This document shows positions 1 through 7,960 of a DNA stretch of 8,318 bases, piece after piece. The stretch's first letter is position 1. Each line of letters starts with the position of its first letter. The translations under genes and the position numbers were made by a program. This DNA comes from Naegleria gruberi. Taxonomy: Eukaryota. A model generated the notes under the pieces. The model did no database searches. It had not been told where the DNA came from and saw only the letters and a list, made by a program, of their open reading frames with translations. Location: NCBI GenBank assembly GCA_000004985.1, contig GG739073.1. One strand, 5' to 3'.

Positions 1-1
1 C

Positions 2-1387
2 AGGTTGTTTGGCCATCCACCAAAAGAATATATAGTGTATAACAAGAGAGAGACCAAGTATGAACTAAAGAAAGGATATACTAATTTCAATTTACAATGC
101 TCTATCAAGAGCGACCAGTATGTCACTAGAAAGGATGACAAGAAAAGACCAAGAAATGAAAAAACAGGTTCCTTAGAAACTTTGGAGGATCTTGTTGAAA
201 AATCCTTTGTAATGAAAAGCAAATTTGATCACAAAGGTAAATTTACTCCTAATTTTTATCCAAACAGATTCAAGTTGAAGGATGAAATATACTTTCAATA
301 CCCAGAGGTGCTAACATTGTTGTTGATGCATACCTTGATAGAGTATGCCAATAATAATGTTGAGTATGTTGAGTACTCGATAAGTGTAAAAGATTTAAAG
401 AACCATTATGACTGTCTCCAACCTGGCAAAGTTAAAGAACTGTTTAAAATTTTCAAAGACGATTACAATCTCATTTTTACAAAATGTGACACTATTGATT
501 TTAAAGATGATAAGTTGATAATAGATTTAAATGAGATCAAGTATTACTTTTTGGGAGCATTCAATAGAGGTAAAACATCATTTTATCCAAATGATGTTAT
601 TACAGGAAGTCAAAAATTTAACTATATGATTTCTAAAAGTGGAGAGGCTTGGTGCAGAGCCTTTCAACCAGAAAGTTACAATGATATCAGAAATCAAATT
701 TCGGCTGAAAACTTTTTAAGTTCTCTCAATATGAATTGTGTACGAACTATTGGATCGGTTGTTGGGTTTGATTGGGTAGGAGATGAATTACTTTACCCAT
801 TCTGTGCTTTTGTATTAAACGAGTTTACAATTCTAGCAAAGAAATACGAGGAGAACACTCAAACTAAATTAGGACTGAGGTATCATTGTGGGGAAAACAT
901 TATTGTTGATCATGAACAGGATGCAAAGTATTTTTTAGTTCATATGGAAATAAGTTACAGGACAATAAGACAATTGGTGGCTTCAAAAACTTTCAATATT
1001 AGATTAGGTCATGGTGTGGGATTTTTGTTAAAATCTACTAATTATGCATTCAGTTCTGAACTAACAAAGAAAGTTCTAAACAAGATGGAAGAGCATGCTG
1101 GCAATTTAAAGGAAGTTACTTTTGAGTGGTGCCCAACCAGTAATGAGTACTTGTTGTTTGACTTCCACGATATTTATCTTCCTAATGGCTTCTCCAATCT
1201 TGTTGTAGCAACTGACAATGACGGAATCATGGATGTGGGTGGTGTTGCAAAAGAGACTGAAAAAGCGGCTAACTACTTACTTAGTATCGGTTATGACAAT
1301 GACTTAAATGAAATCGTGGAAAAGTTAAAACAAAATGCAATCGGTTCAAGATTCATACCAGTAACAGACATTGCTAAGCATGAATAG
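2..1387 (+). CDS. Adenosine/AMP deaminase-family protein (amidohydrolase superfamily, ADA-like). It is 5'-partial, because the ORF is open to the window's left edge.
   Basis: A 460-codon open frame ends on TAG at 1385-1387. There is no ATG upstream within the window; the track's 'M' at nt 5 is a TTG. ADA-family signature motifs occur in canonical order and spacing: H-C-G-E at nt 884-895 (cf. HAGE), R-L-G-H-G-V-G at 1001-1021 (cf. RIGHG), E-W-C-P-T-S-N at 1124-1144 (cf. CPxSN), and A-T-D-N-D-G at 1208-1225 (cf. TDDP). About 52 aa follow the last motif, as in ADA enzymes. No in-frame TAA/TAG/TGA occurs over 460 codons. Confidence 0.85.
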   Translation, partial: RLFGHPPKEYIVYNKRETKYELKKGYTNFNLQCSIKSDQYVTRKDDKKRPRNEKTGSLETLEDLVEKSFVMKSKFDHKGKFTPNFYPNRFKLKDEIYFQYPEVLTLLLMHTLIEYANNNVEYVEYSISVKDLKNHYDCLQPGKVKELFKIFKDDYNLIFTKCDTIDFKDDKLIIDLNEIKYYFLGAFNRGKTSFYPNDVITGSQKFNYMISKSGEAWCRAFQPESYNDIRNQISAENFLSSLNMNCVRTIGSVVGFDWVGDELLYPFCAFVLNEFTILAKKYEENTQTKLGLRYHCGENIIVDHEQDAKYFLVHMEISYRTIRQLVASKTFNIRLGHGVGFLLKSTNYAFSSELTKKVLNKMEEHAGNLKEVTFEWCPTSNEYLLFDFHDIYLPNGFSNLVVATDNDGIMDVGGVAKETEKAANYLLSIGYDNDLNEIVEKLKQNAIGSRFIPVTDIAKHE

Positions 1388-1422
1388 TTCGTTGTAGTTT
1401 ACATTAAAATCCTTCTTGTTGG

Positions 1423-1428
1423 AATAAA
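1423..1428 (+). terminator. AATAAA polyadenylation/positioning-like hexamer in the 3' flank of the deaminase-family gene.
   Basis: AATAAA lies 36 nt downstream of the TAG stop, in a T/A-rich 3' flank. It is a weak, generic signal. Confidence 0.25.
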
Positions 1429-1812
1429 CTTTGTAAACGTTGTAATAATCTAGATGCTGGGTTGAGGGCATTACCATTTCAAACTTGCTGCTAGCCAACA
1501 TTTCAATTCCATCCAATATTTAATTGAGATCAGTTGTCAAACCACCATTCCATTAAGATTGGACTATTATATGGACTATTAGCCGTTGATGATAAACCAT
1601 CCTCCAATGTAATGGTCACTCGTGTGAGCTCTAAGGTGCCATGACAAACGAACAAATTTTCACATGAAGAAATAGATGAAATCAATAAGTGTAAGAATTC
1701 GTATAGTGATGATAATCGAGTTAGCTCGTTGATGGACTCTCTTTAACAACATAAACATGCACAGTAAACAGCTACCGTAGTTTTTCGCTTTGTACATGTT
1801 GTGTTTCTCATT

Positions 1813-1823
1813 AATTCGCGAAT
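1813..1823. promoter_or_regulatory. Palindromic AATTCGCGAAT element with a CGCG core (SCB/MCB-like) in a GC-rich island about 240 bp upstream of the gene-2 ATG.
   Basis: ATTCGCGAAT at 1814-1823 is a perfect 10-bp palindrome. CGCGAA reads on both strands and matches 6 of 7 positions of the SCB consensus CRCGAAA; it also contains the MCB core CGCG. It sits in a 60-bp stretch (1811-1870) that is far more GC-rich than the surrounding intergenic DNA, and a second GCGCCCGC lies at 1861-1868. Confidence 0.3.
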
Positions 1824-1990
1824 GGTCCAAGTTGGGGTGGCACTAATTGCGTGCAAATTAGCGCCCGCAAAATATCTTCTGTTTTCTCACTGGTCCTAGC
1901 ATTTCATATCTTTTGTAATCTCTTTGAACATTTCACACAAGCATTTTAAGGCAAATTTTAGATACTTTACTCTACTCCGAACTAAACTCC

Positions 1991-1998
1991 TTTATAAG
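1991..1998 (+). promoter_or_regulatory. Candidate TATA box (TTTATAAG) for the downstream + strand gene.
   Basis: TATAAG at 1993-1998 lies about 65 bp upstream of ATG 2061. The start context AAAAAATATG is A-rich with A at -3, which is typical of fungal starts. Confidence 0.4.
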
Positions 1999-2060
1999 CA
2001 TGTCTAAATCAATAAATAGTCAACTTACCACCAACATTCGTATAAACGATTAGAAAAAAT

Positions 2061-2129
2061 ATGAAAACCTCATTGATTGCATTAATTGCCTTCATTCTTT
2101 CTTGCCAACTAGCTTTAGTAACCTGCGCA
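2061..2129 (+). other. Predicted signal peptide of 23 aa, with cleavage after TCA.
   Basis: It has a charged n-region (MK), a 17-residue hydrophobic h-region, and a small-residue c-region (T-C-A) before CPPG. Confidence 0.65.
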
Positions 2130-2504
2130 TGCCCACCAGGCATGTACATTGCTAATTCTCAATGTAAGCCTTGCTCACCAGGAAACTATTGTTTAAATGA
2201 TGAATCCAAGCCATGTCCTGCAGGAACCATCAATACTGATGTTGGACAAACCACATGTCGAGCATGTCCAAAAAATTACATTACCAACCAACAACATACT
2301 GCATGCATTCCATGTCATTACAGAACCAATGAAGATTTGACATTCTGTCTCTTGCCAAACACCCCAATGAATGCTTTGGAGATTACTAAAGTAGAAAATC
2401 ATTTGACTAATATCACTGAAGGAGAATCTAACTACTTTTTCANAAAAATCAAATTTGGAAATGGTCAAGCAACTGAACTAGTCACTGTTCAAGAAACTTT
2501 CTCC
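2061..2504 (+). CDS. Secreted cysteine-rich repeat protein (ephrin-receptor-like / TNFR-like CxxGxY repeats). It is 3'-truncated by the assembly gap.
   Basis: ATG at 2061 has a good context. The N-terminus MKTSLIALIAFILSCQLALVTCA is a classic signal peptide. It is followed by 12 Cys in 77 aa arranged as CPPGMY..C, CSPGNYC, CPAGT..C, CPKNY..C, CHY..C. An N-I-T sequon is present. The frame stays open for 148 codons until the N-run begins at 2505. Base 2443 is an ambiguous 'n' (codon X). Confidence 0.8.
2130..2360 (+). other. Cysteine-rich repeat module (CxxGxY / GCC2_GCC3 / ephrin-receptor-like type).
   Basis: A repeating C-P-x-G-x-(Y/I)...C-x-x-C periodicity recurs four to five times. The arrangement is characteristic of disulfide-rich extracellular repeats. 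Confidence 0.55.
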
Positions 2505-5500
2505 NNNNNNNNNNNNNNNNNNNNNNNNNNNNNNNNNNNNNNNNNNNNNNNNNNNNNNNNNNNNNNNNNNNNNNNNNNNNNNNNNNNNNNNNNNNNNNNN
2601 NNNNNNNNNNNNNNNNNNNNNNNNNNNNNNNNNNNNNNNNNNNNNNNNNNNNNNNNNNNNNNNNNNNNNNNNNNNNNNNNNNNNNNNNNNNNNNNNNNNN
2701 NNNNNNNNNNNNNNNNNNNNNNNNNNNNNNNNNNNNNNNNNNNNNNNNNNNNNNNNNNNNNNNNNNNNNNNNNNNNNNNNNNNNNNNNNNNNNNNNNNNN
2801 NNNNNNNNNNNNNNNNNNNNNNNNNNNNNNNNNNNNNNNNNNNNNNNNNNNNNNNNNNNNNNNNNNNNNNNNNNNNNNNNNNNNNNNNNNNNNNNNNNNN
2901 NNNNNNNNNNNNNNNNNNNNNNNNNNNNNNNNNNNNNNNNNNNNNNNNNNNNNNNNNNNNNNNNNNNNNNNNNNNNNNNNNNNNNNNNNNNNNNNNNNNN
3001 NNNNNNNNNNNNNNNNNNNNNNNNNNNNNNNNNNNNNNNNNNNNNNNNNNNNNNNNNNNNNNNNNNNNNNNNNNNNNNNNNNNNNNNNNNNNNNNNNNNN
3101 NNNNNNNNNNNNNNNNNNNNNNNNNNNNNNNNNNNNNNNNNNNNNNNNNNNNNNNNNNNNNNNNNNNNNNNNNNNNNNNNNNNNNNNNNNNNNNNNNNNN
3201 NNNNNNNNNNNNNNNNNNNNNNNNNNNNNNNNNNNNNNNNNNNNNNNNNNNNNNNNNNNNNNNNNNNNNNNNNNNNNNNNNNNNNNNNNNNNNNNNNNNN
3301 NNNNNNNNNNNNNNNNNNNNNNNNNNNNNNNNNNNNNNNNNNNNNNNNNNNNNNNNNNNNNNNNNNNNNNNNNNNNNNNNNNNNNNNNNNNNNNNNNNNN
3401 NNNNNNNNNNNNNNNNNNNNNNNNNNNNNNNNNNNNNNNNNNNNNNNNNNNNNNNNNNNNNNNNNNNNNNNNNNNNNNNNNNNNNNNNNNNNNNNNNNNN
3501 NNNNNNNNNNNNNNNNNNNNNNNNNNNNNNNNNNNNNNNNNNNNNNNNNNNNNNNNNNNNNNNNNNNNNNNNNNNNNNNNNNNNNNNNNNNNNNNNNNNN
3601 NNNNNNNNNNNNNNNNNNNNNNNNNNNNNNNNNNNNNNNNNNNNNNNNNNNNNNNNNNNNNNNNNNNNNNNNNNNNNNNNNNNNNNNNNNNNNNNNNNNN
3701 NNNNNNNNNNNNNNNNNNNNNNNNNNNNNNNNNNNNNNNNNNNNNNNNNNNNNNNNNNNNNNNNNNNNNNNNNNNNNNNNNNNNNNNNNNNNNNNNNNNN
3801 NNNNNNNNNNNNNNNNNNNNNNNNNNNNNNNNNNNNNNNNNNNNNNNNNNNNNNNNNNNNNNNNNNNNNNNNNNNNNNNNNNNNNNNNNNNNNNNNNNNN
3901 NNNNNNNNNNNNNNNNNNNNNNNNNNNNNNNNNNNNNNNNNNNNNNNNNNNNNNNNNNNNNNNNNNNNNNNNNNNNNNNNNNNNNNNNNNNNNNNNNNNN
4001 NNNNNNNNNNNNNNNNNNNNNNNNNNNNNNNNNNNNNNNNNNNNNNNNNNNNNNNNNNNNNNNNNNNNNNNNNNNNNNNNNNNNNNNNNNNNNNNNNNNN
4101 NNNNNNNNNNNNNNNNNNNNNNNNNNNNNNNNNNNNNNNNNNNNNNNNNNNNNNNNNNNNNNNNNNNNNNNNNNNNNNNNNNNNNNNNNNNNNNNNNNNN
4201 NNNNNNNNNNNNNNNNNNNNNNNNNNNNNNNNNNNNNNNNNNNNNNNNNNNNNNNNNNNNNNNNNNNNNNNNNNNNNNNNNNNNNNNNNNNNNNNNNNNN
4301 NNNNNNNNNNNNNNNNNNNNNNNNNNNNNNNNNNNNNNNNNNNNNNNNNNNNNNNNNNNNNNNNNNNNNNNNNNNNNNNNNNNNNNNNNNNNNNNNNNNN
4401 NNNNNNNNNNNNNNNNNNNNNNNNNNNNNNNNNNNNNNNNNNNNNNNNNNNNNNNNNNNNNNNNNNNNNNNNNNNNNNNNNNNNNNNNNNNNNNNNNNNN
4501 NNNNNNNNNNNNNNNNNNNNNNNNNNNNNNNNNNNNNNNNNNNNNNNNNNNNNNNNNNNNNNNNNNNNNNNNNNNNNNNNNNNNNNNNNNNNNNNNNNNN
4601 NNNNNNNNNNNNNNNNNNNNNNNNNNNNNNNNNNNNNNNNNNNNNNNNNNNNNNNNNNNNNNNNNNNNNNNNNNNNNNNNNNNNNNNNNNNNNNNNNNNN
4701 NNNNNNNNNNNNNNNNNNNNNNNNNNNNNNNNNNNNNNNNNNNNNNNNNNNNNNNNNNNNNNNNNNNNNNNNNNNNNNNNNNNNNNNNNNNNNNNNNNNN
4801 NNNNNNNNNNNNNNNNNNNNNNNNNNNNNNNNNNNNNNNNNNNNNNNNNNNNNNNNNNNNNNNNNNNNNNNNNNNNNNNNNNNNNNNNNNNNNNNNNNNN
4901 NNNNNNNNNNNNNNNNNNNNNNNNNNNNNNNNNNNNNNNNNNNNNNNNNNNNNNNNNNNNNNNNNNNNNNNNNNNNNNNNNNNNNNNNNNNNNNNNNNNN
5001 NNNNNNNNNNNNNNNNNNNNNNNNNNNNNNNNNNNNNNNNNNNNNNNNNNNNNNNNNNNNNNNNNNNNNNNNNNNNNNNNNNNNNNNNNNNNNNNNNNNN
5101 NNNNNNNNNNNNNNNNNNNNNNNNNNNNNNNNNNNNNNNNNNNNNNNNNNNNNNNNNNNNNNNNNNNNNNNNNNNNNNNNNNNNNNNNNNNNNNNNNNNN
5201 NNNNNNNNNNNNNNNNNNNNNNNNNNNNNNNNNNNNNNNNNNNNNNNNNNNNNNNNNNNNNNNNNNNNNNNNNNNNNNNNNNNNNNNNNNNNNNNNNNNN
5301 NNNNNNNNNNNNNNNNNNNNNNNNNNNNNNNNNNNNNNNNNNNNNNNNNNNNNNNNNNNNNNNNNNNNNNNNNNNNNNNNNNNNNNNNNNNNNNNNNNNN
5401 NNNNNNNNNNNNNNNNNNNNNNNNNNNNNNNNNNNNNNNNNNNNNNNNNNNNNNNNNNNNNNNNNNNNNNNNNNNNNNNNNNNNNNNNNNNNNNNNNNNN

Positions 5501-6533
5501 NNNNNNNNNNNNNNNNNNNNNNNNNNNNNNNNNNNNNNNNNNNNNNNNNNNNNNNNNNNNNNNNNNNNNNNNNNNNNNNNNNNNNNNNNNNNNNNNNNNN
5601 NNNNNNNNNNNNNNNNNNNNNNNNNNNNNNNNNNNNNNNNNNNNNNNNNNNNNNNNNNNNNNNNNNNNNNNNNNNNNNNNNNNNNNNNNNNNNNNNNNNN
5701 NNNNNNNNNNNNNNNNNNNNNNNNNNNNNNNNNNNNNNNNNNNNNNNNNNNNNNNNNNNNNNNNNNNNNNNNNNNNNNNNNNNNNNNNNNNNNNNNNNNN
5801 NNNNNNNNNNNNNNNNNNNNNNNNNNNNNNNNNNNNNNNNNNNNNNNNNNNNNNNNNNNNNNNNNNNNNNNNNNNNNNNNNNNNNNNNNNNNNNNNNNNN
5901 NNNNNNNNNNNNNNNNNNNNNNNNNNNNNNNNNNNNNNNNNNNNNNNNNNNNNNNNNNNNNNNNNNNNNNNNNNNNNNNNNNNNNNNNNNNNNNNNNNNN
6001 NNNNNNNNNNNNNNNNNNNNNNNNNNNNNNNNNNNNNNNNNNNNNNNNNNNNNNNNNNNNNNNNNNNNNNNNNNNNNNNNNNNNNNNNNNNNNNNNNNNN
6101 NNNNNNNNNNNNNNNNNNNNNNNNNNNNNNNNNNNNNNNNNNNNNNNNNNNNNNNNNNNNNNNNNNNNNNNNNNNNNNNNNNNNNNNNNNNNNNNNNNNN
6201 NNNNNNNNNNNNNNNNNNNNNNNNNNNNNNNNNNNNNNNNNNNNNNNNNNNNNNNNNNNNNNNNNNNNNNNNNNNNNNNNNNNNNNNNNNNNNNNNNNNN
6301 NNNNNNNNNNNNNNNNNNNNNNNNNNNNNNNNNNNNNNNNNNNNNNNNNNNNNNNNNNNNNNNNNNNNNNNNNNNNNNNNNNNNNNNNNNNNNNNNNNNN
6401 NNNNNNNNNNNNNNNNNNNNNNNNNNNNNNNNNNNNNNNNNNNNNNNNNNNNNNNNNNNNNNNNNNNNNNNNNNNNNNNNNNNNNNNNNNNNNNNNNNNN
6501 NNNNNNNNNNNNNNNNNNNNNNNNNNNNNNNNN
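2505..6533. other. Scaffold/assembly gap of 4,029 N's.
   Basis: An uninterrupted N run, probably size-estimated. All ORF-track 'proteins' consisting of X across this span are artefacts. Confidence 0.99.
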
Positions 6534-6573
6534 AAACTAAAATCTCACTAATTTCATTTATCACTTCTCTGAT

Positions 6574-7644
6574 TTACACTTGCTGATTCTTTACAAAATT
6601 ATAAAAATCAATCGTGAATATTGAAATTCTCCATGCATGCTTTCGTTCTGATTGAGATCGATGAGTATTCTCTCTAAATAATTGTTTGTACTCTTCACTG
6701 GAGAGAACTACTTTACAATTCTTGTCAGGAAACTGACTCTGATATAATGGAACGAAATAATTCATGATTTGAGTTCGATTTTTGAAAACATCCACCAGCA
6801 CATAATTTTCTCCTTTCCATTTGACTGAAAATTGCTCAATTCCTCCAAGAACTGGAGCTTCTTCAATATCAACTGGTTGCTTACTAGCTCCTGATTCATC
6901 AACTAATGAAAACGTTGTTTGAGTAGTAAGTAAATTATTCGAAAGTTGTTCATTAGAAACAGGTGAAGTTTTCCTCTTTTTCTGTGCTTTCTTTTTCCTT
7001 GGTTCGTTTTGATTTTGCAATTCAGAATTTTCTCGTTTGTTAGGTGCAGTTTTTAGTTCATAATTTTCTCTCTGCAATTCAGCAATTGTTTTGTGTTGAG
7101 TTTCTAATTCTCTTTCCAATAGATGGATTCTTTCTCTTAGTTGGTTGATTAAATGTTGTTGAGAATCTGCTGCATGTACTTCATGTTGGATGTGGTGATT
7201 GTAGGGAGAATTTGTTGAGAGAATGTTTGTTGGTGATGAAGTGGAAGAATTGAAATCTTTCGTCTACTGTACATGCCCTTCTTCATGCCACATGTGTTGT
7301 GATGGCATGGAAGCGGATGGCAAACTGCAAGACACATTATTAGAAAGATTATTAGAAAGATTATTAGAAAGGTGGAGGACATGATTGTTTGGTAATGTCG
7401 ATCCTTGGAAGTTATCTTGGAATAAATCTCTCAAGTTTGGTAATGGCATGGGTTTCGTAGTCCAATTATCTGAAACATTTACTTGCCGAGAGTCTTCGAA
7501 AGTAGACGAAACTTGTCGTATTCTTGTTGGTGGTGAAACAGATGAAGAATAAACCTCTTGTGATGATGATGAAACTGGATAATTGGATGTAGCAAAGAAA
7601 TTGGCCGAATTTGCACTTCTTTGATTTGGATAGTTAGGAGACAT
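6574..7644 (-). CDS. N/S/Q-rich protein with a leucine-zipper-like coiled coil and basic patch. It is interrupted by one in-frame TAG at 7264-7266, so it is a possible pseudogene or sequencing error.
   Basis: ATG at 7644-7642 is the first ATG after an upstream in-frame stop at 7765-7767, with an A8 run just 5' of it. The frame then runs 126 codons to TAG at 7266-7264. It continues in the same frame, with no ATG for about 160 codons, to TAA at 6576-6574. That is 357 codons in total with one internal stop. It encodes the LSNN repeats, the coiled coil LINQLRERIHLLERELETQHKTIAELQRENYELK, the basic patch PRKKKAQKKRK, and a C-terminal globular-looking region. Confidence 0.6.
7051..7155 (-). other. 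Leucine-zipper-like heptad coiled coil within the minus-strand gene.
   Basis: The d positions read L, L, Q, L, L and the a positions read I, I, L, I, N over five heptads. Asn at an a position is typical of dimeric zippers. A lysine-rich basic patch (6970-6999) lies C-terminal to the zipper, not N-terminal as in a classical bZIP. Confidence 0.45.
7336..7371. repeat. Perfect 12-bp tandem repeat (ATTATTAGAAAG)x3, which codes (LSNN)x3 on the minus strand.
   Basis: Three identical consecutive 12-mers are read directly from the sequence. They are in-frame within the minus-strand CDS. Confidence 0.95.
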
Positions 7645-7954
7645 TTGTTTAGTTTTTTTTCGAATAGATTAAACAATTCAGTGGTAAAGTCTGCGTCTAA
7701 AACAAAGTAAACAACACACTTTGATAAAGGAAATATCGGATGAGTCTTGATAACGAAACAATTCTAATGATTTTCACAAGATGAAACCTCGTTTCGAATA
7801 AGCTTGTTTTAGTCTTAAGAATTTGCACAAATTAGACAGGTGTCACAACTTACAACTTGAAATGCTGAGGTTTCCTCGCAAGATTCCTCTTGTTCATGTA
7901 AAGGAAACAAGTGTCCCTATTTAACTCAATTGATTTGCAAAGAAAACTGAAAGA

Positions 7955-7960
7955 TTTATA
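7955..7960 (-). promoter_or_regulatory. Candidate TATA element (TATAAA on the minus strand) about 310 bp upstream of the minus-strand ATG.
   Basis: TTTATA on the + strand equals TATAAA on the - strand. It is the only canonical TATA in the 5' flank, but the distance makes the assignment weak. Confidence 0.2.

Noticed and set aside
1338-1357. A tRNA T-loop-like motif GGTTCAAGATTC. A second such motif, GTTTCGAAT, lies at 7783-7791.
   Set aside because: No flanking 5-bp T-stem complement, acceptor stem or anticodon arm could be built. The first lies inside the deaminase-family CDS.
1385-1387. A non-standard genetic code in which TAG is a sense codon.
   Set aside because: ORF1 has zero in-frame TAG in 460 codons and terminates on TAG at exactly the length expected for an ADA-family C-terminus. 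The single TAG in the minus-strand gene is therefore an anomaly, not code usage.
1394-1412. An ARS consensus-like match (WTTTAYRTTTW) near GTTTACATTAA and TTTATTATATT (8186-8196).
   Set aside because: These are only 9/11 matches in AT-rich DNA, where such near-matches are expected by chance.
2193-2468. A 91-aa ORF antisense to the secreted-protein gene.
   Set aside because: It lies entirely within, and opposite to, a well-supported CDS with a signal peptide and Cys-repeat architecture. It has no start context or features of its own.
2061-6564. ORF-track 'proteins' of 1496 aa on the + strand and 1360 aa on the - strand.
   Set aside because: They consist almost entirely of X translated from the N gap. 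Only 2061..2504 (+) is real sequence. The -strand 1360-aa ORF and the trailing KLKSH peptide are frame artefacts.
7180-7300. An intron as an explanation for the in-frame TAG.
   Set aside because: The minus-strand sequence around the stop has no GTATGT/GTAAGT 5' site and no TACTAAC branch point. The two halves are already in the same frame, so an intron would have to be a multiple of 3 and far shorter than fungal introns.
7149-7676. Overlapping minus-strand ORFs of 77 aa (7149..7382) and 65 aa (7479..7676) in alternative frames.
   Set aside because: They sit inside the main minus-strand reading frame. The FLIIFLIIFLI stretch is simply the LSNN repeat DNA read in another frame, and there is no independent support.
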